A stretch of DNA of 64,000 bases. It comes from the human T2T-CHM13v2.0 reference genome, Homo sapiens. The stretch lies in NCBI RefSeq assembly GCF_009914755.1, contig NC_060940.1; one strand, 5' to 3'. The notes under the pieces are model-generated. The model was not told where the DNA came from. It saw only the letters and a program-made list of their open reading frames with translations, and searched no databases. Shown here piece after piece: positions 1-15,000 of this stretch; the first letter of the stretch is position 1; each line of letters starts with the position of its first letter. The position numbers were made by a program, and so were the translations under genes.

Positions 1-3000
1 CGATTCGATTCGACGATTCCATTCTATTCCATTCGATGATGATTCCATTCGAGTCCATTCGATCATTCCATTCGAGTCCATTTAATGATTCCATTGGGTT
101 CAATTCAATGATGATTACATTGGATTCCGTTCTATGATTCCATTCAATTCCGTTCATTGACAATTTGATTCCATTCGATGATGATTCCATTTGAGTTCAT
201 TCGATGATTCTATTCGATTCTCTTCGATGGTGATTCAATTCTATTATATTGGATGATTCCATTCGATTCCATTTGATGTTGATTCAATTCGATTCTATTC
301 GATGATGATTCCATTGGATTTCACTTGATGATTCTATTCGATTCCATTCAATGATGATTCACTTCTCGTCCATTGGATGATTCCATTTCATTCCATTCGA
401 TGATGATTCCATTCGATTCCATTCGATGATTCCATTTGATTCCATGCGACGGTGAGCAATTCGATTCAATTCCATGATGATTCTATTTGATTCAATTAGA
501 TGATGTTTCCATTCGAATCCATTCCATGATTATTCCATTGGAATCCATTTGGCGATGATTCCATATGAGTCAATTCAATGATGATTCCATATGGGTCCGT
601 TCGATGATAATTCCATTTGATTTCATTCGATGCTTCTATTCTATTCCAGTCGATGATGATTCCGTTGGAGTCCATACGATGATTCCATTTGATTTCATTT
701 GATGATGATTCCATTCGATGATGATTACATTGGATTCCATTCTATGATTCCATTCAATTCCATTCGTTGATGATTCGATTCCATTCAATGATGATTCCAT
801 TTGAGTTCATTCGATGATTCTATTCGATTCCGTTCGATGGTGATTCAATTATTTTATATTGGATGATTCCACTCGATTCCATTTGATGATTATTCCATTG
901 GAGTCCACTTAGTGAATCCTTTAGATTCTACTCGACGATGATTCCATTCGAGTCCATTCGATGATACCATTCAATTCCATTCGTTGATGCTTCCATTCAA
1001 GTGCATTCGATGATATCATTCGATTCCATTTGATGATAATTCCATTTGATTCCATGCGATGATTCTATTCGATTCCATTCAATGATAATTCCATTCAATT
1101 CAGTGATTCCTCTGGACTCCATTTGATGATGATTCCATTCAATGATTCCATTCGATTCTATTCGAAAATGATTCCATTTGAATCCATTTGATGATGATTC
1201 CATTAGATTCCATTTGATGATTCCATTCGATTCCATTCGACGATGATTCCATTCGATTCCGTTTGATGATTCCATTCTATTCTATTCGATGATGATTCCA
1301 TTCGATTCCATTCGATGATGATTGGATTCGATTCCATTTGATGATTTCATTTGATTCCATTCGTTAATGATTTCGATCAATTCCATTCGATGATTCCATT
1401 CGATTCCATTCGATAATGATTACATCCGAGTCCATTCGATGATTCCCTTTGAGCCTGTTCGATAATTCCATTTGAGTCCAACCAATGATTCCATTCATTT
1501 CCATTCAATGATTCCATTCGAGTCCATTTGATCATTCCGGTAGGGTCCATTCGATGTTGATTCCATTGGAGTGCATTCGATGATTCCATTCGAGTCCATT
1601 TTAGGATTTGATTCAAGTCCTTTCGATGATTCCATTCGATTCCACTCGATGATGATTTCATTCGAGTCCATTCGACACTTCCAATCGATTCCATTTGATG
1701 ATTCCATTCGAGTCCAATTGATGATTCCATTCAATTCCATTCGATGATGATTCCCTACGATTCCATTCTGTGATGATTCCATGTGATTGCATTCAATGAT
1801 GATTCCTTTCGATTGCATTCGATTATGATTCATTTCGTGTTCATTCTATGGTTCCACAGGTTTCCATTCGTGTCCATTCCATTATTCCATTCTATTCCAT
1901 TTGATGATGATTCCATTCGATTCCATTCATTGGTGATTCCACTCAATTCCATTCAATGATTCCATTCCATTTCTTTCAACAATGATTCCATTAGTTTCTA
2001 ATCGATGATCCACTTGATTCCATTTGACGACGATTCCATTCTTGTCCATTCGATGATTCCATTTGATTCCATATGATGATGATTCCATTCGATTCCATAC
2101 CATGATGATTCCATTCGAGTCCATTCAATGGTGATTCCATTCAATTCCATTCGATGATTCCTTTTGATTCCATTCGATGATGATGGCATTCGATTCCTTT
2201 CAATCATTCCCTTTGATTCCATTCAAAGGTGATTTCATTCAAGTCCATTCGATAATTGCATTCGATTCCATTCTATGATGATTCCATTCGAGTCCATTTG
2301 ATGATTCCATTCAATTCAAGTCAATGATGATTCCATTCGATTCCATTCGATGATTCCATTGGATTCCATTCGATGATGATTCCATTCAAATCCATTCGAT
2401 AATTCAATTCAAGTCCATTCGATGATGATTCCAATCGAATCCATTCAAAGATTCCATTCAGTTCCATTCGATGATTCCCTTAGATTCCATTCGATGATTC
2501 CACTTGATTGCATTTACGATGATTCCATTCGATTCCATGTGATGATTCCATTCAATTCTATTCAATGATGTCTCCATTTGATTCCATTCGACCATGATTG
2601 CCTTTGATTCCATTCAATGATTCCATTCGGTTCCGTTTGATGATGATTCCGTTCGATTCCATTTGATGATTCCATTTGATTCCATTGGATGAGTCCATTC
2701 GATTACATTCGATGATTATTCCATTCGAGTGCATTAGATGATTCCATTCGAGTCCATTCGATGATTCCATTCGATTCCATTCGATGTTGATTCTGTTCAA
2801 ATCCATTCGATGATTCCACTCGATTCCATTCGTTGACTCCATTTGATCCCATTCGATGATTTCCTTTGATTCCCTTTGATGATCATTCCGTTTGATTCAA
2901 TTCGGTGATTTCATTTGATTCCATTCAGTGATGTTTCCATTCGACTCCATTCGATGATGATTCCATTCGACTCCATTCGATTATGATTTCATTCAATTCC

Positions 3001-6000
3001 ATTCGATAATGATTCCCTTCGAGTCCATTCGATGATTCCATTCGATTCCATTCAACGATGATTTGATTCGTGTCCATTCGATGATTCCATTTGATTCCAC
3101 TTGATGATGATTCCATTTGAGTCCATTTGATGATTCCATTCAATTCCATACTCCGATGATTTCTTTTGAGCCCACTCAATGCTTCCACTCGATTCCATAT
3201 GATGATGACTCCATTCGATGAAATTCGATGATGATTCCATTCGCTTGCTTTCGATGATGATTCCACTTGAGTCCGTTAGAAGATTCTATTCAATTACATT
3301 CCATGACGATTCCGTTCGAGTCCATTTGATGATTCCATTAGACTCCATTCGACGATGATTCCATTCGATGTTATTCGATGATTCCATTTGATCTCATTCG
3401 ATGATGATTCCATTCAACTCCATTCGATGTTTCCATTCGAGTTCATTCTATTATTCCATTAGATTCCATTCGATGATGATTCCATTCGATTCCATTTGAT
3501 GATTGCATTCTATTTCATTTGATGATGATTCCATTCGAGTCCACTCGATGATTCCATTCGAGTCCATTTAATGAATCCATTGGTTTCAATTCTATGATGA
3601 TTACATTGGATTCCATTCGTTGATGATTTCATTCGGTTCCATTCAATGATGATTCCATTCAATTCCTTTCAATGTTTCCATTCAATTCCATACGATGATG
3701 ATTCCATTTGATTTGATTCGACAGTGAGCCATTCGATTCAATTCCATGATGATTCTATTTGATTCAATTGGTTGACATTTCCATTCGATTCCATTCGATG
3801 ATGATTCCCTTTGATTCCGTTCAAAGATGATTCCATTCTAGCCCATTCAATCATTCCATTCGATTCTATTCAATGATGATTCCATTCATGTCGATTTGGT
3901 GATTCCATTTGACTTCATTTGATGATGATTCCTTTCAAGTTCATTAGATGATTCCATTCGATTCCATTTGATGATGATCCCATTCGAGTCCATTCAGTGA
4001 TTCCATTCGTTTCCATTCCATGATGATTCCATTCCTTTCCATTCAATGATTCCATTCGATTCCGTTTGATGATGATTTCATTCGAGTCCATTTGATGATT
4101 CCATTTGATTCCATTCGATGATGATTCCATTCGAGTCCATTCGATGATTCTATTCGAATCCATTTGATGATTTCTTTTGATTATATTTGGTGATGATTCC
4201 ATTGGAGTCCATTCAATGATTCCATTCTATTCCAATCGATGATGATTCCATTAGAGTCCATTTAATGATTCCATTTGATTCCAGTCTCTGATGATTACAT
4301 TCGAGTCCATACGATGATTCCACTCAATTCCATAAGATGATGATTCCATTTGATTCCATTCGGTGATTCCATTCTATTCTATTCAATGGTGATTCCATTC
4401 GAGTACATTAGATGATTCCATTCGATTCCATTCAATGATGATTCTATGTGTGTCCCTTAGATGATTCCAAATGATTCCATTACATGATGATACTATTTGA
4501 GCCCATCCAATGATTCCCTTCGATTCCATTCGATGAGGATTCCATTCGATTCAATTCATTGGTGATTCTATTCAATTCAATTCTTTGATTCCATTCCATT
4601 CCATTCGACAATGATTCCATTCGATTTCTTTCGATGATTCCACTCGATTCCACTTGACATTGATTCCATTCGATTCCATTCATTGATTCCATTTGATTCC
4701 AGTGGGTGATGATTGCCATCGATTCCATTCGATCACTCCATTCTATTCCATTTGATGATGATTACATTCGATTCCATTTGATGATTCCATCTGATTCTAT
4801 TCGAGGATTCCATTTGATTCCATTCGATGATGATTCCATTCGAGTCCATTCGATGATTTCATTCGAATACATCCAATGATTCCATTCGAGTCCATTAGAT
4901 GATTCCATTTGATTCCATTTGAAAATGATTCTACTAGAGTCCATTCAATGACTCCATTCGAGTCCATTCAACAATTCCATTCGACTCCATTCGATGATTC
5001 CATTCGATTCCATTTGATGGTTCCATTCGAGTCCATTTAATCATTACAGTCGAGTCCATTTGGTGATTCCACTGGATTTCTTTTGATAATGATACCATTC
5101 AATTGCATTTGATGATGATCCCATTCAATTTCATTTGATGATGATTCCATTAGAGTCCATTCGATGATTTCATTCGAGTCCCTTCATTGATTCCATCCGA
5201 TTTCATTGGATGATGACTCCATTCGAGTCCATTCGATGTTTCCACTCGATTCCATTAGATGACTCCATTGGAGTCCATTTGATTGTTCCATTCGATTCCA
5301 TTCGATTCCTTTCAAAGATTATTCCATTTGAGTCCATTCGATGATGATTCCATTCCATTCCATTCGATGATTCCGTTTGATTCCATTCGATGATTCCCTT
5401 CGATTCCTTTCTTTGATGATTCCATTCCATTCCATTCAATGATTCCATTCGAATCTATTCCATGATGATTCCTTTCGATTCCATTCGCTGATGTTTCCGT
5501 TCAATTCCATTCGATGATGATTCCATTCGATTCCATTCATTGAGGATTCCATTTGATTCCATTCAATGATGATTCCATTCTATTCCATTCAATGATTGCA
5601 TTCAATTCCATTCAATGATTATCCCATTAGAGTAAACTCAACGATTCCATTCAATACCATTCGATGATGATTCCTTTTGAGTCCATTCAATGATTTCATT
5701 CAAGTCCATTTGATGATTCCTTTCAATTCCATTCTATGATGATTCCATTCGAGTCCATTCGATGATTCCATTCGATTGCATTCGATGATTCCATTATATT
5801 CCATTCAACGGTGATTCCATTCGAGTCCATTCCATGATTCCATTAGAGTACATTTAATGATTGCTTTGTTTTCAATTCGAAGATGATTACATTGGATTCC
5901 ATTCTATGATACCATTCGATTCCATTCAATGATGATTCCACTCAAATCCATTGGATGATTCCATTCGTGTCCATTCGGTGATTTCATTAGATTCCATTCG

Positions 6001-9000
6001 AGGATGATTCCATTCGATTCCATTCGATGATTCCATTCAATTCCATTCGATGATGATTCCATTCCAGTCCATATGATCATTCCATTTGATTTCATTCGAT
6101 GATGATTCCATTCGATTCGATTCGACGATTCCATTCTATTCCATTCGATGATGATTCCATTCGAGTCCATTCGATCATTCCATTCGAGTCCATTTAATGA
6201 TTCCATTGGGTTCAATTCAATGATGATTACATTGGATTCCGTTCTATGATTCCATTCAATTCCGTTCATTGACAATTTGATTCCATTCGATGATGATTCC
6301 ATTTGAGTTCATTCGATGATTCTATTCGATTCTCTTCGATGGTGATTCAATTCTATTATATTGGATGATTCCATTCGATTCCATTTGATGTTGATTCAAT
6401 TCGATTCTATTCGATGATGATTCCATTGGATTTCACTTGATGATTCTATTCGATTCCATTCAATGATGATTCACTTCTCGTCCATTGGATGATTCCATTT
6501 CATTCCATTCGATGATGATTCCATTCGATTCCATTCGATGATTCCATTTGATTCCATGCGACGGTGAGCAATTCGATTCAATTCCATGATGATTCTATTT
6601 GATTCAATTAGATGATGTTTCCATTCGAATCCATTCCATGATTATTCCATTGGAATCCATTTGGCGATGATTCCATATGAGTCAATTCAATGATGATTCC
6701 ATATGGGTCCGTTCGATGATAATTCCATTTGATTTCATTCGATGCTTCTATTCTATTCCAGTCGATGATGATTCCGTTGGAGTCCATACGATGATTCCAT
6801 TTGATTTCATTTGATGATGATTCCATTCGATGATGATTACATTGGATTCCATTCTATGATTCCATTCAATTCCATTCGTTGATGATTCGATTCCATTCAA
6901 TGATGATTCCATTTGAGTTCATTCGATGATTCTATTCGATTCCGTTCGATGGTGATTCAATTATTTTATATTGGATGATTCCACTCGATTCCATTTGATG
7001 ATTATTCCATTGGAGTCCACTTAGTGAATCCTTTAGATTCTACTCGACGATGATTCCATTCCAGTCCATTCGATGATACCATTCAATTCCATTCGTTGAT
7101 GCTTCCATTCAAGTGCATTCGATGATATCATTTGATTCCATTTGATGATAATTCCATTTGATTCCATGCGATGATTCTATTCGATTCCATTCAATGATAA
7201 TTCCATTCAATTCAGTGATTCCTCTGGACTCCATTTGATGATGATTCCATTCAATGATTCCATTCGATTCTATTCGAAAATGATTCCATTTGAATCCATT
7301 TGATGATGATTCCATTAGATTCCATTTGATGATTCCATTCGATTCCATTCGACGATGATTCCATTCGATTCCGTTTGATGATTCCATTCTATTCTATTCG
7401 ATGATGATTCCATTCGATTCCATTCGATGATGATTGGATTCGATTCCATTTGATGATTTCATTTGATTCCATTCGTTAATGATTTCGATCAATTCCATTC
7501 GATGATTCCATTCGATTCCATTCGATAATGATTACATCCGAGTCCATTCGATGATTCCCTTTGAGCCTGTTCGATAATTCCATTTGAGTCCAACCAATGA
7601 TTCCATTCATTTCCATTCAATGATTCCATTCGAGTCCATTTGATCATTCCGGTAGGGTCCATTCGATGTTGATTCCATTGGAGTGCATTCGATGATTCCA
7701 TTCGAGTCCATTTTAGGATTTGATTCAAGTCCTTTCGATGATTCCATTCGATTCCACTCGATGATGATTTCATTCGAGTCCATTCGACACTTCCAATCGA
7801 TTCCATTTGATGATTCCATTCGAGTCCAATTGATGATTCCATTCAATTCCATTCGATGATGATTCCCTACGATTCCATTCTGTGATGATTCCATGTGATT
7901 GCATTCAATGATGATTCCTTTCGATTGCATTCGATTATGATTCATTTCGTGTTCATTCTATGGTTCCACAGGTTTCCATTCGTGTCCATTCCATTATTCC
8001 ATTCTATTCCATTTGATGATGATTCCATTCGATTCCATTCATTGGTGATTCCACTCAATTCCATTCAATGATTCCATTCCATTTCTTTCAACAATGATTC
8101 CATTAGTTTCTAATCGATGATCCACTTGATTCCATTTGACGACGATTCCATTCTTGTCCATTCGATGATTCCATTTGATTCCATATGATGATGATTCCAT
8201 TCGATTCCATACCATGATGATTCCATTCGAGTCCATTCAATGGTGATTCCATTCAATTCCATTCGATGATTCCTTTTGATTCCATTCGATGATGATGGCA
8301 TTCAATTCCTTTCAATCATTCCCTTTGATTCCATTCAAAGGTGATTTCATTCAAGTCCATTCGATAATTGCATTCGATTCCATTCTATGATGATTCCATT
8401 CGAGTCCATTTGATGATTCCATTCAATTCAAGTCAATGATGATTCCATTCGATTCCATTCGATGATTCCATTGGATTCCATTCGATGATGATTCCATTCA
8501 AATCCATTCGATAATTCAATTCAAGTCCATTCGATGATGATTCCAATCGAATCCATTCAAAGATTCCATTCAGTTCCATTCGATGATTCCCTTAGATTCC
8601 ATTCGATGATTCCACTTGATTGCATTTACGATGATTCCATTCGATTCCATGTGATGATTCCATTCAATTCTATTCAATGATGTCTCCATTTGATTCCATT
8701 CGACCATGATTGCCTTTGATTCCATTCAATGATTCCATTCGGTTCCGTTTGATGATGATTCCGTTCGATTCCATTTGATGATTCCATTTGATTCCATTGG
8801 ATGAGTCCATTCGATTACATTCGATGATTATTCCATTCGAGTGCATTAGATGATTCCATTCGAGTCCATTCGATGATTCCATTCGATTCCATTCGATGTT
8901 GATTCTGTTCAAATCCATTCGATGATTCCACTCGATTCCATTCGTTGACTCCATTTGATCCCATTCGATGATTTCCTTTGATTCCCTTTGATGATCATTC

Positions 9001-12000
9001 CGTTTGATTCAATTCGGTGATTTCATTTGATTCCATTCAGTGATGTTTCCATTCGACTCCATTCGATGATGATTCCATTCGACTCCATTCGATTATGATT
9101 TCATTCAATTCCATTCGATAATGATTCCCTTCGAGTCCATTCGATGATTCCATTCGATTCCATTCAACGATGATTTGATTCGTGTCCATTCGATGATTCC
9201 ATTTGATTCCACTTGATGATGATTCCATTTGAGTCCATTTGATGATTCCATTCAATTCCATACTCCGATGATTTCTTTTGAGCCCACTCAATGCTTCCAC
9301 TCGATTCCATATGATGATGACTCCATTCGATGAAATTCGATGATGATTCCATTCGCTTGCTTTCGATGATGATTCCACTTGAGTCCGTTAGAAGATTCTA
9401 TTCAATTACATTCCATGACGATTCCGTTCGAGTCCATTTGATGATTCCATTAGACTCCATTCGACGATGATTCCATTCGATGTTATTCGATGATTCCATT
9501 TGATCTCATTCGATGATGATTCCATTCAACTCCATTCGATGTTTCCATTCGAGTTCATTCTATTATTCCATTAGATTCCATTCGATGATGATTCCATTCG
9601 ATTCCATTTGATGATTGCATTCTATTTCATTTGATGATGATTCCATTCGAGTCCACTCGATGATTCCATTCGAGTCCATTTAATGAATCCATTGGTTTCA
9701 ATTCTATGATGATTACATTGGATTCCATTCGTTGATGATTTCATTCGGTTCCATTCAATGATGATTCCATTCAATTCCTTTCAATGTTTCCATTCAATTC
9801 CATACGATGATGATTCCATTTGATTTGATTCGACAGTGAGCCATTCGATTCAATTCCATGATGATTCTATTTGATTCAATTGGTTGACATTTCCATTCGA
9901 TTCCATTCGATGATGATTCCCTTTGATTCCGTTCAAAGATGATTCCATTCTAGCCCATTCAATCATTCCATTCGATTCTATTCAATGATGATTCCATTCA
10001 TGTCGATTTGGTGATTCCATTTGACTTCATTTGATGATGATTCCTTTCAAGTTCATTAGATGATTCCATTCGATTCCATTTGATGATGATCCCATTCGAG
10101 TCCATTCAGTGATTCCATTCGTTTCCATTCCATGATGATTCCATTCCTTTCCATTCAATGATTCCATTCGATTCCGTTTGATGATGATTTCATTCGAGTC
10201 CATTTGATGATTCCATTTGATTCCATTCGATGATGATTCCATTCGAGTCCATTCGATGATTCTATTCGAATCCATTTGATGATTTCTTTTGATTATATTT
10301 GGTGATGATTCCATTGGAGTCCATTCAATGATTCCATTCTATTCCAATCGATGATGATTCCATTAGAGTCCATTTAATGATTCCATTTGATTCCAGTCTC
10401 TGATGATTACATTCGAGTCCATACGATGATTCCACTCAATTCCATAAGATGATGATTCCATTTGATTCCATTCGGTGATTCCATTCTATTCTATTCAATG
10501 GTGATTCCATTCGAGTACATTAGATGATTCCATTCGATTCCATTCAATGATGATTCTATGTGTGTCCCTTAGATGATTCCAAATGATTCCATTACATGAT
10601 GATACTATTTGAGCCCATCCAATGATTCCCTTCGATTCCATTCGATGAGGATTCCATTCGATTCAATTCATTGGTGATTCTATTCAATTCAATTCTTTGA
10701 TTCCATTCCATTCCATTCGACAATGATTCCATTCGATTTCTTTCGATGATTCCACTCGATTCCACTTGACATTGATTCCATTCGATTCCATTCAATGATT
10801 CCATTTGATTCCAGTGGATGATGATTGCCATGGATTCCATTCGATCACTCCATTCTATTCCATTTGATGATGATTACATTCGATTCCATTTGATGATTCC
10901 ATCTGATTCTATTCGAGGATTCCATTTGATTCCATTCGATGATGATTCCATTCGAGTCCATTCGATGATTTCATTCCAGTACATCCAATGATTCCATTCG
11001 AGTCCATTAGATGATTCCATTTGATTCCATTTGAAAATGATTCTACTAGAGTCCATTCAATGACTCCATTCGAGTCCATTCAACAATTCCATTCGACTCC
11101 ATTCGATGATTCCATTCGATTCCATTTGATGGTTCCATTCGAGTCCATTTAATCATTACAGTCGAGTCCATTTGTTGATTCCACTGGATTTCTTTTGATA
11201 ATGATACCATTCAATTACATTTGATGATGATCCCATTCAACTTCATTTGATGATGATTCCATTAGAGTCCATTCGATGATTTCATTCGAGTCCCTTCATT
11301 GATTCCATCCGATTTCATTGGATGATGACTCCATTCGAGTCCATTCGATGATTCCACTCGATTCCATTAGATGACTCCATTGGAGTCCATTTGATTGTTC
11401 CATTCGATTCCATTCGATTCCTTTCGAAGATTATTCCATTTGAGTCCATTCGATGATGATTCCATTCCATTCCATTCGATGATTCCGTTTGATTCCATTC
11501 GATGATTCCCTTCGATTCCTTTCTTTGATGATTCCATTCCATTCCATTCAATGATTCCATTCGAATCTATTCCATGATGATTCCTTTCGATTCCATTCGT
11601 TGATGTTTCCGTTCAATTCCATTCGATGATGATTCCATTCGATTCCATTCATTGAGGATTCCATTTGATTCCATTCAATGATGATTCCATTCTATTCCAT
11701 TCAATGATTGCATTCAATTCCATTCAGTGATTATCCCATTAGAGTAAACTCAACGATTCCATTCAATACCATTCGATGATGATTCCTTTTGAGTCCATTC
11801 AATGATTTCATTCAAGTCCATTTGATGATTCCATTCAATTCCATTCTATGATGATTCCATTCGAGTCCATTCGATGATTCCATTCGATTGCATTCGATGA
11901 TTCCATTATATTCCATTCAACGGTGATTCCATTCGAGTCCATTCCATGATTCCATTAGAGTACATTTAATGATTGCTTTGTTTTCAATTCGAAGATGATT

Positions 12001-15000
12001 ACATTGGATTCCATTCTATGATACCATTCGATTCCATTCAATGATGATTCCACTCAAATCCATTGGATGATTCCATTCGTGTCCATTAGGTGATTTCATT
12101 AGATTCCATTCGAGGATGATTCCATTCGATTCCATTCGATGATTCCATTCAATTCCATTCGATGATGATTCCATTCCAGTCCATATGATCATTCCATTTG
12201 ATTTCATTCGATGATGATTCCATTCGATTCCATTCGATGATTCCATTCTATTCCATTCGATGATGATTCAATTCGAGTCCATTCGATGATTCCATTCGAG
12301 TCCATTTAATGATTCCATTGGGTTCAATTCAATGATGATTACATTGGATTCCGTTCTCTGATTCCATTCAATTCCGTTCATTGACAATTTGATTCCATTC
12401 GATGATGATTCCATTTGAGTTCATTCGATGATTCTATTCGATTCTCTTCGATGGTGATTCAATTCTATTATATTGGATGATTCCATTCGATTCCATTTGA
12501 TGTTGATTCAATTCGATTCTATTCGATGATGATTCCATTGGATTTCACTTGATGATTCTATTCGATTCCATTCAATGATGATTCACTTCTCGTCCATTGG
12601 ATGATTCCATTTCATTCCATTCGATGATGATTCCATTCGATTCCATTCGATGATTCCATTTGATTCCATGCGACGGTGAGCAATTCGATTCAATTCCATG
12701 ATGATTCTATTTGATTCAATTAGATGATGTTTCCATTCGAATCCATTCCATGATTATTCCATTGGAATCCATTTGGCGATGATTCCATATGAGTCAATTC
12801 AATGATGATTCCATATGGGTCCGTTCGATGATAATTCCATTTGATTTCATTCGATGCTTCTATTCTATTCCAGTCGATGATGATTCCGTTGGAGTCCATA
12901 CGATGATTCCATTTGATTTCATTTGATGATGATTCCATTCGATGATGATTACATTGGATTCCATTCTATGATTCCATTCAATTCCATTCGTTGATGATTC
13001 GATTCCATTCAATGATGATTCCATTTGAGTTCATTCGATGATTCTATTCGATTCCGTTCGATGGTGATTCAATTCTATTATATTGGATGATTCCACTCGA
13101 TTCCATTTGATGATTATTCCATTGGAGTCCACTTAGTGAATCCTTTAGATTCTACTCGACGATGATTCCATTCCAGTCCATTCGATGATACCATTCAATT
13201 CCATTCGTTGATGCTTCCATTCAAGTGCATTCGATGATATCATTCGATTCCATTTGATGATAATTCCATTTGATTCCATGCGATGATTCTATTCGATTCC
13301 ATTCAATGATAATTCCATTCAATTCAGTGATTCCTCTGGACTCCATTTGATGATGATTCCATTCAATGATTCCATTCGATTCTATTCGAAAATGATTCCA
13401 TTTGAATCCATTTGATGATGATTCCATTAGATTCCATTTGATGATTCCATTCGATTCCATTCGACGATGATTCCATTCGATTCCGTTTGATGATTCCATT
13501 CTATTCTATTTGATGATGATTCCATTCGATTCCATTCGATGATGATTGGATTCGATTCCATTGGATGATTTCATTTGATTCCATTCGTTAATGATTTCGA
13601 TCAATTCCATTCGATGATTCCATTCGATTCCATTCGATAATGATTACATCCGAGTCCATTCGATGATTCCCTTTGAGCCTGTTCGATAATTCCATTTGAG
13701 TCCAACCAATGATTCCATTCATTTCCATTCAATGATTCCATTCGAGTCCATTTGATCATTCCGGTAGGGTCCATTCGATGTTGATTCCATTGGAGTGCAT
13801 TCGATGATTCCATTCGAGTCCATTTTAGGATTTGATTCGAGTCCTTTCGATGATTCCATTCGATTCCACTCGATGATGATTTCATTCGAGTCCATTCGAC
13901 ACTTCCAATCGATTCCATTTGATGATTCCATTCGAGTCCAATTGATGATTCCATTCAATTCCATTCGATGATGATTCCGTACGATTCCATTCTGTGATGA
14001 TTCCATGTGATTGCATTCAATGATGATTCCTTTCGATTGCATTCGATTATGATTCATTTCGTGTTCATTCTATGGTTCCACAAGTTTCCATTCGTGTCCA
14101 TTCCATTATTCCATTCTATTCCATTTGATGATGATTCCATTCGATTCCATTCATTGGTGATTCCACTCAATTCCATTCAATGATTCCATTCCATTTCTTT
14201 CAACAATGATTCCATTAGTTTCTAATCGATGATCCACTTGATTCCATTTGATGACGATTCCATTCTCGTCCATTCGATGATTCCATTTGATTCCATATGA
14301 TGATGATTCCATTCGATTCCATACGATGATGATTCCATTCGAGTCCATTCAATGGTGATTCCATTCAATTCCATTCGATGATTCCTTTTGATTCCATTCG
14401 ATGATGATGGCATTCGATTCCTTTCAATCATTCCCTTTGATTCCATTCAAAGGTGATTTCATTCAAGTCCATTCGATAATTGCATTCGATTCCATTCTAT
14501 GATGATTCCATTCGAGTCCATTTGATGATTCCATTCAATTCAAGTCAATGATGATTCCATTCGATTCCATTCGATGATTCCATTGGATTCCATTCGATGA
14601 TGATTCCATTCAAATCCATTCGATAATTCAATTCAAGTCCATTCGATGATGATTAAAATCGAATCCATTCAAAGATTCCATTCAGTTCCATTCGATGATT
14701 CCCTTAGATTCCATTCGATGATTCCACTTGATTTCATTTACGATGATTCCATTCGATTCCATGTGATGATTCCATTCAATTCTATTCAATGCTGTTTCCA
14801 TTTGATTCCATTCGACCATGATTGCCTTTGATTCCATTCAATGACTCCATTCGGTTCCTTTTGATGATGATTCCGTTCGATTCCATTTCATTATTCCATT
14901 TGATTCCATTGGATGAGTCCATTCGATTACATTCGATGATTATTCCATTCGAGTGCATTAGATGATTCCATTCGAGTCCATTCGATGATTCCATTCGATT

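Noticed and set aside
532-544. Short inverted repeat ATTCCA-T-TGGAAT as a hairpin or inversion
   Set aside because: Only a 6-bp stem, expected from point mutation of the subunit; no real strand inversion was seen in the window.
14646-14831. Plus-strand ORFs (14646, 49692, 50488, 51630)
   Set aside because: Chance loss of TGA stops in one satellite haplotype (or a frame fusion at the 75-bp deletion); no coding features.
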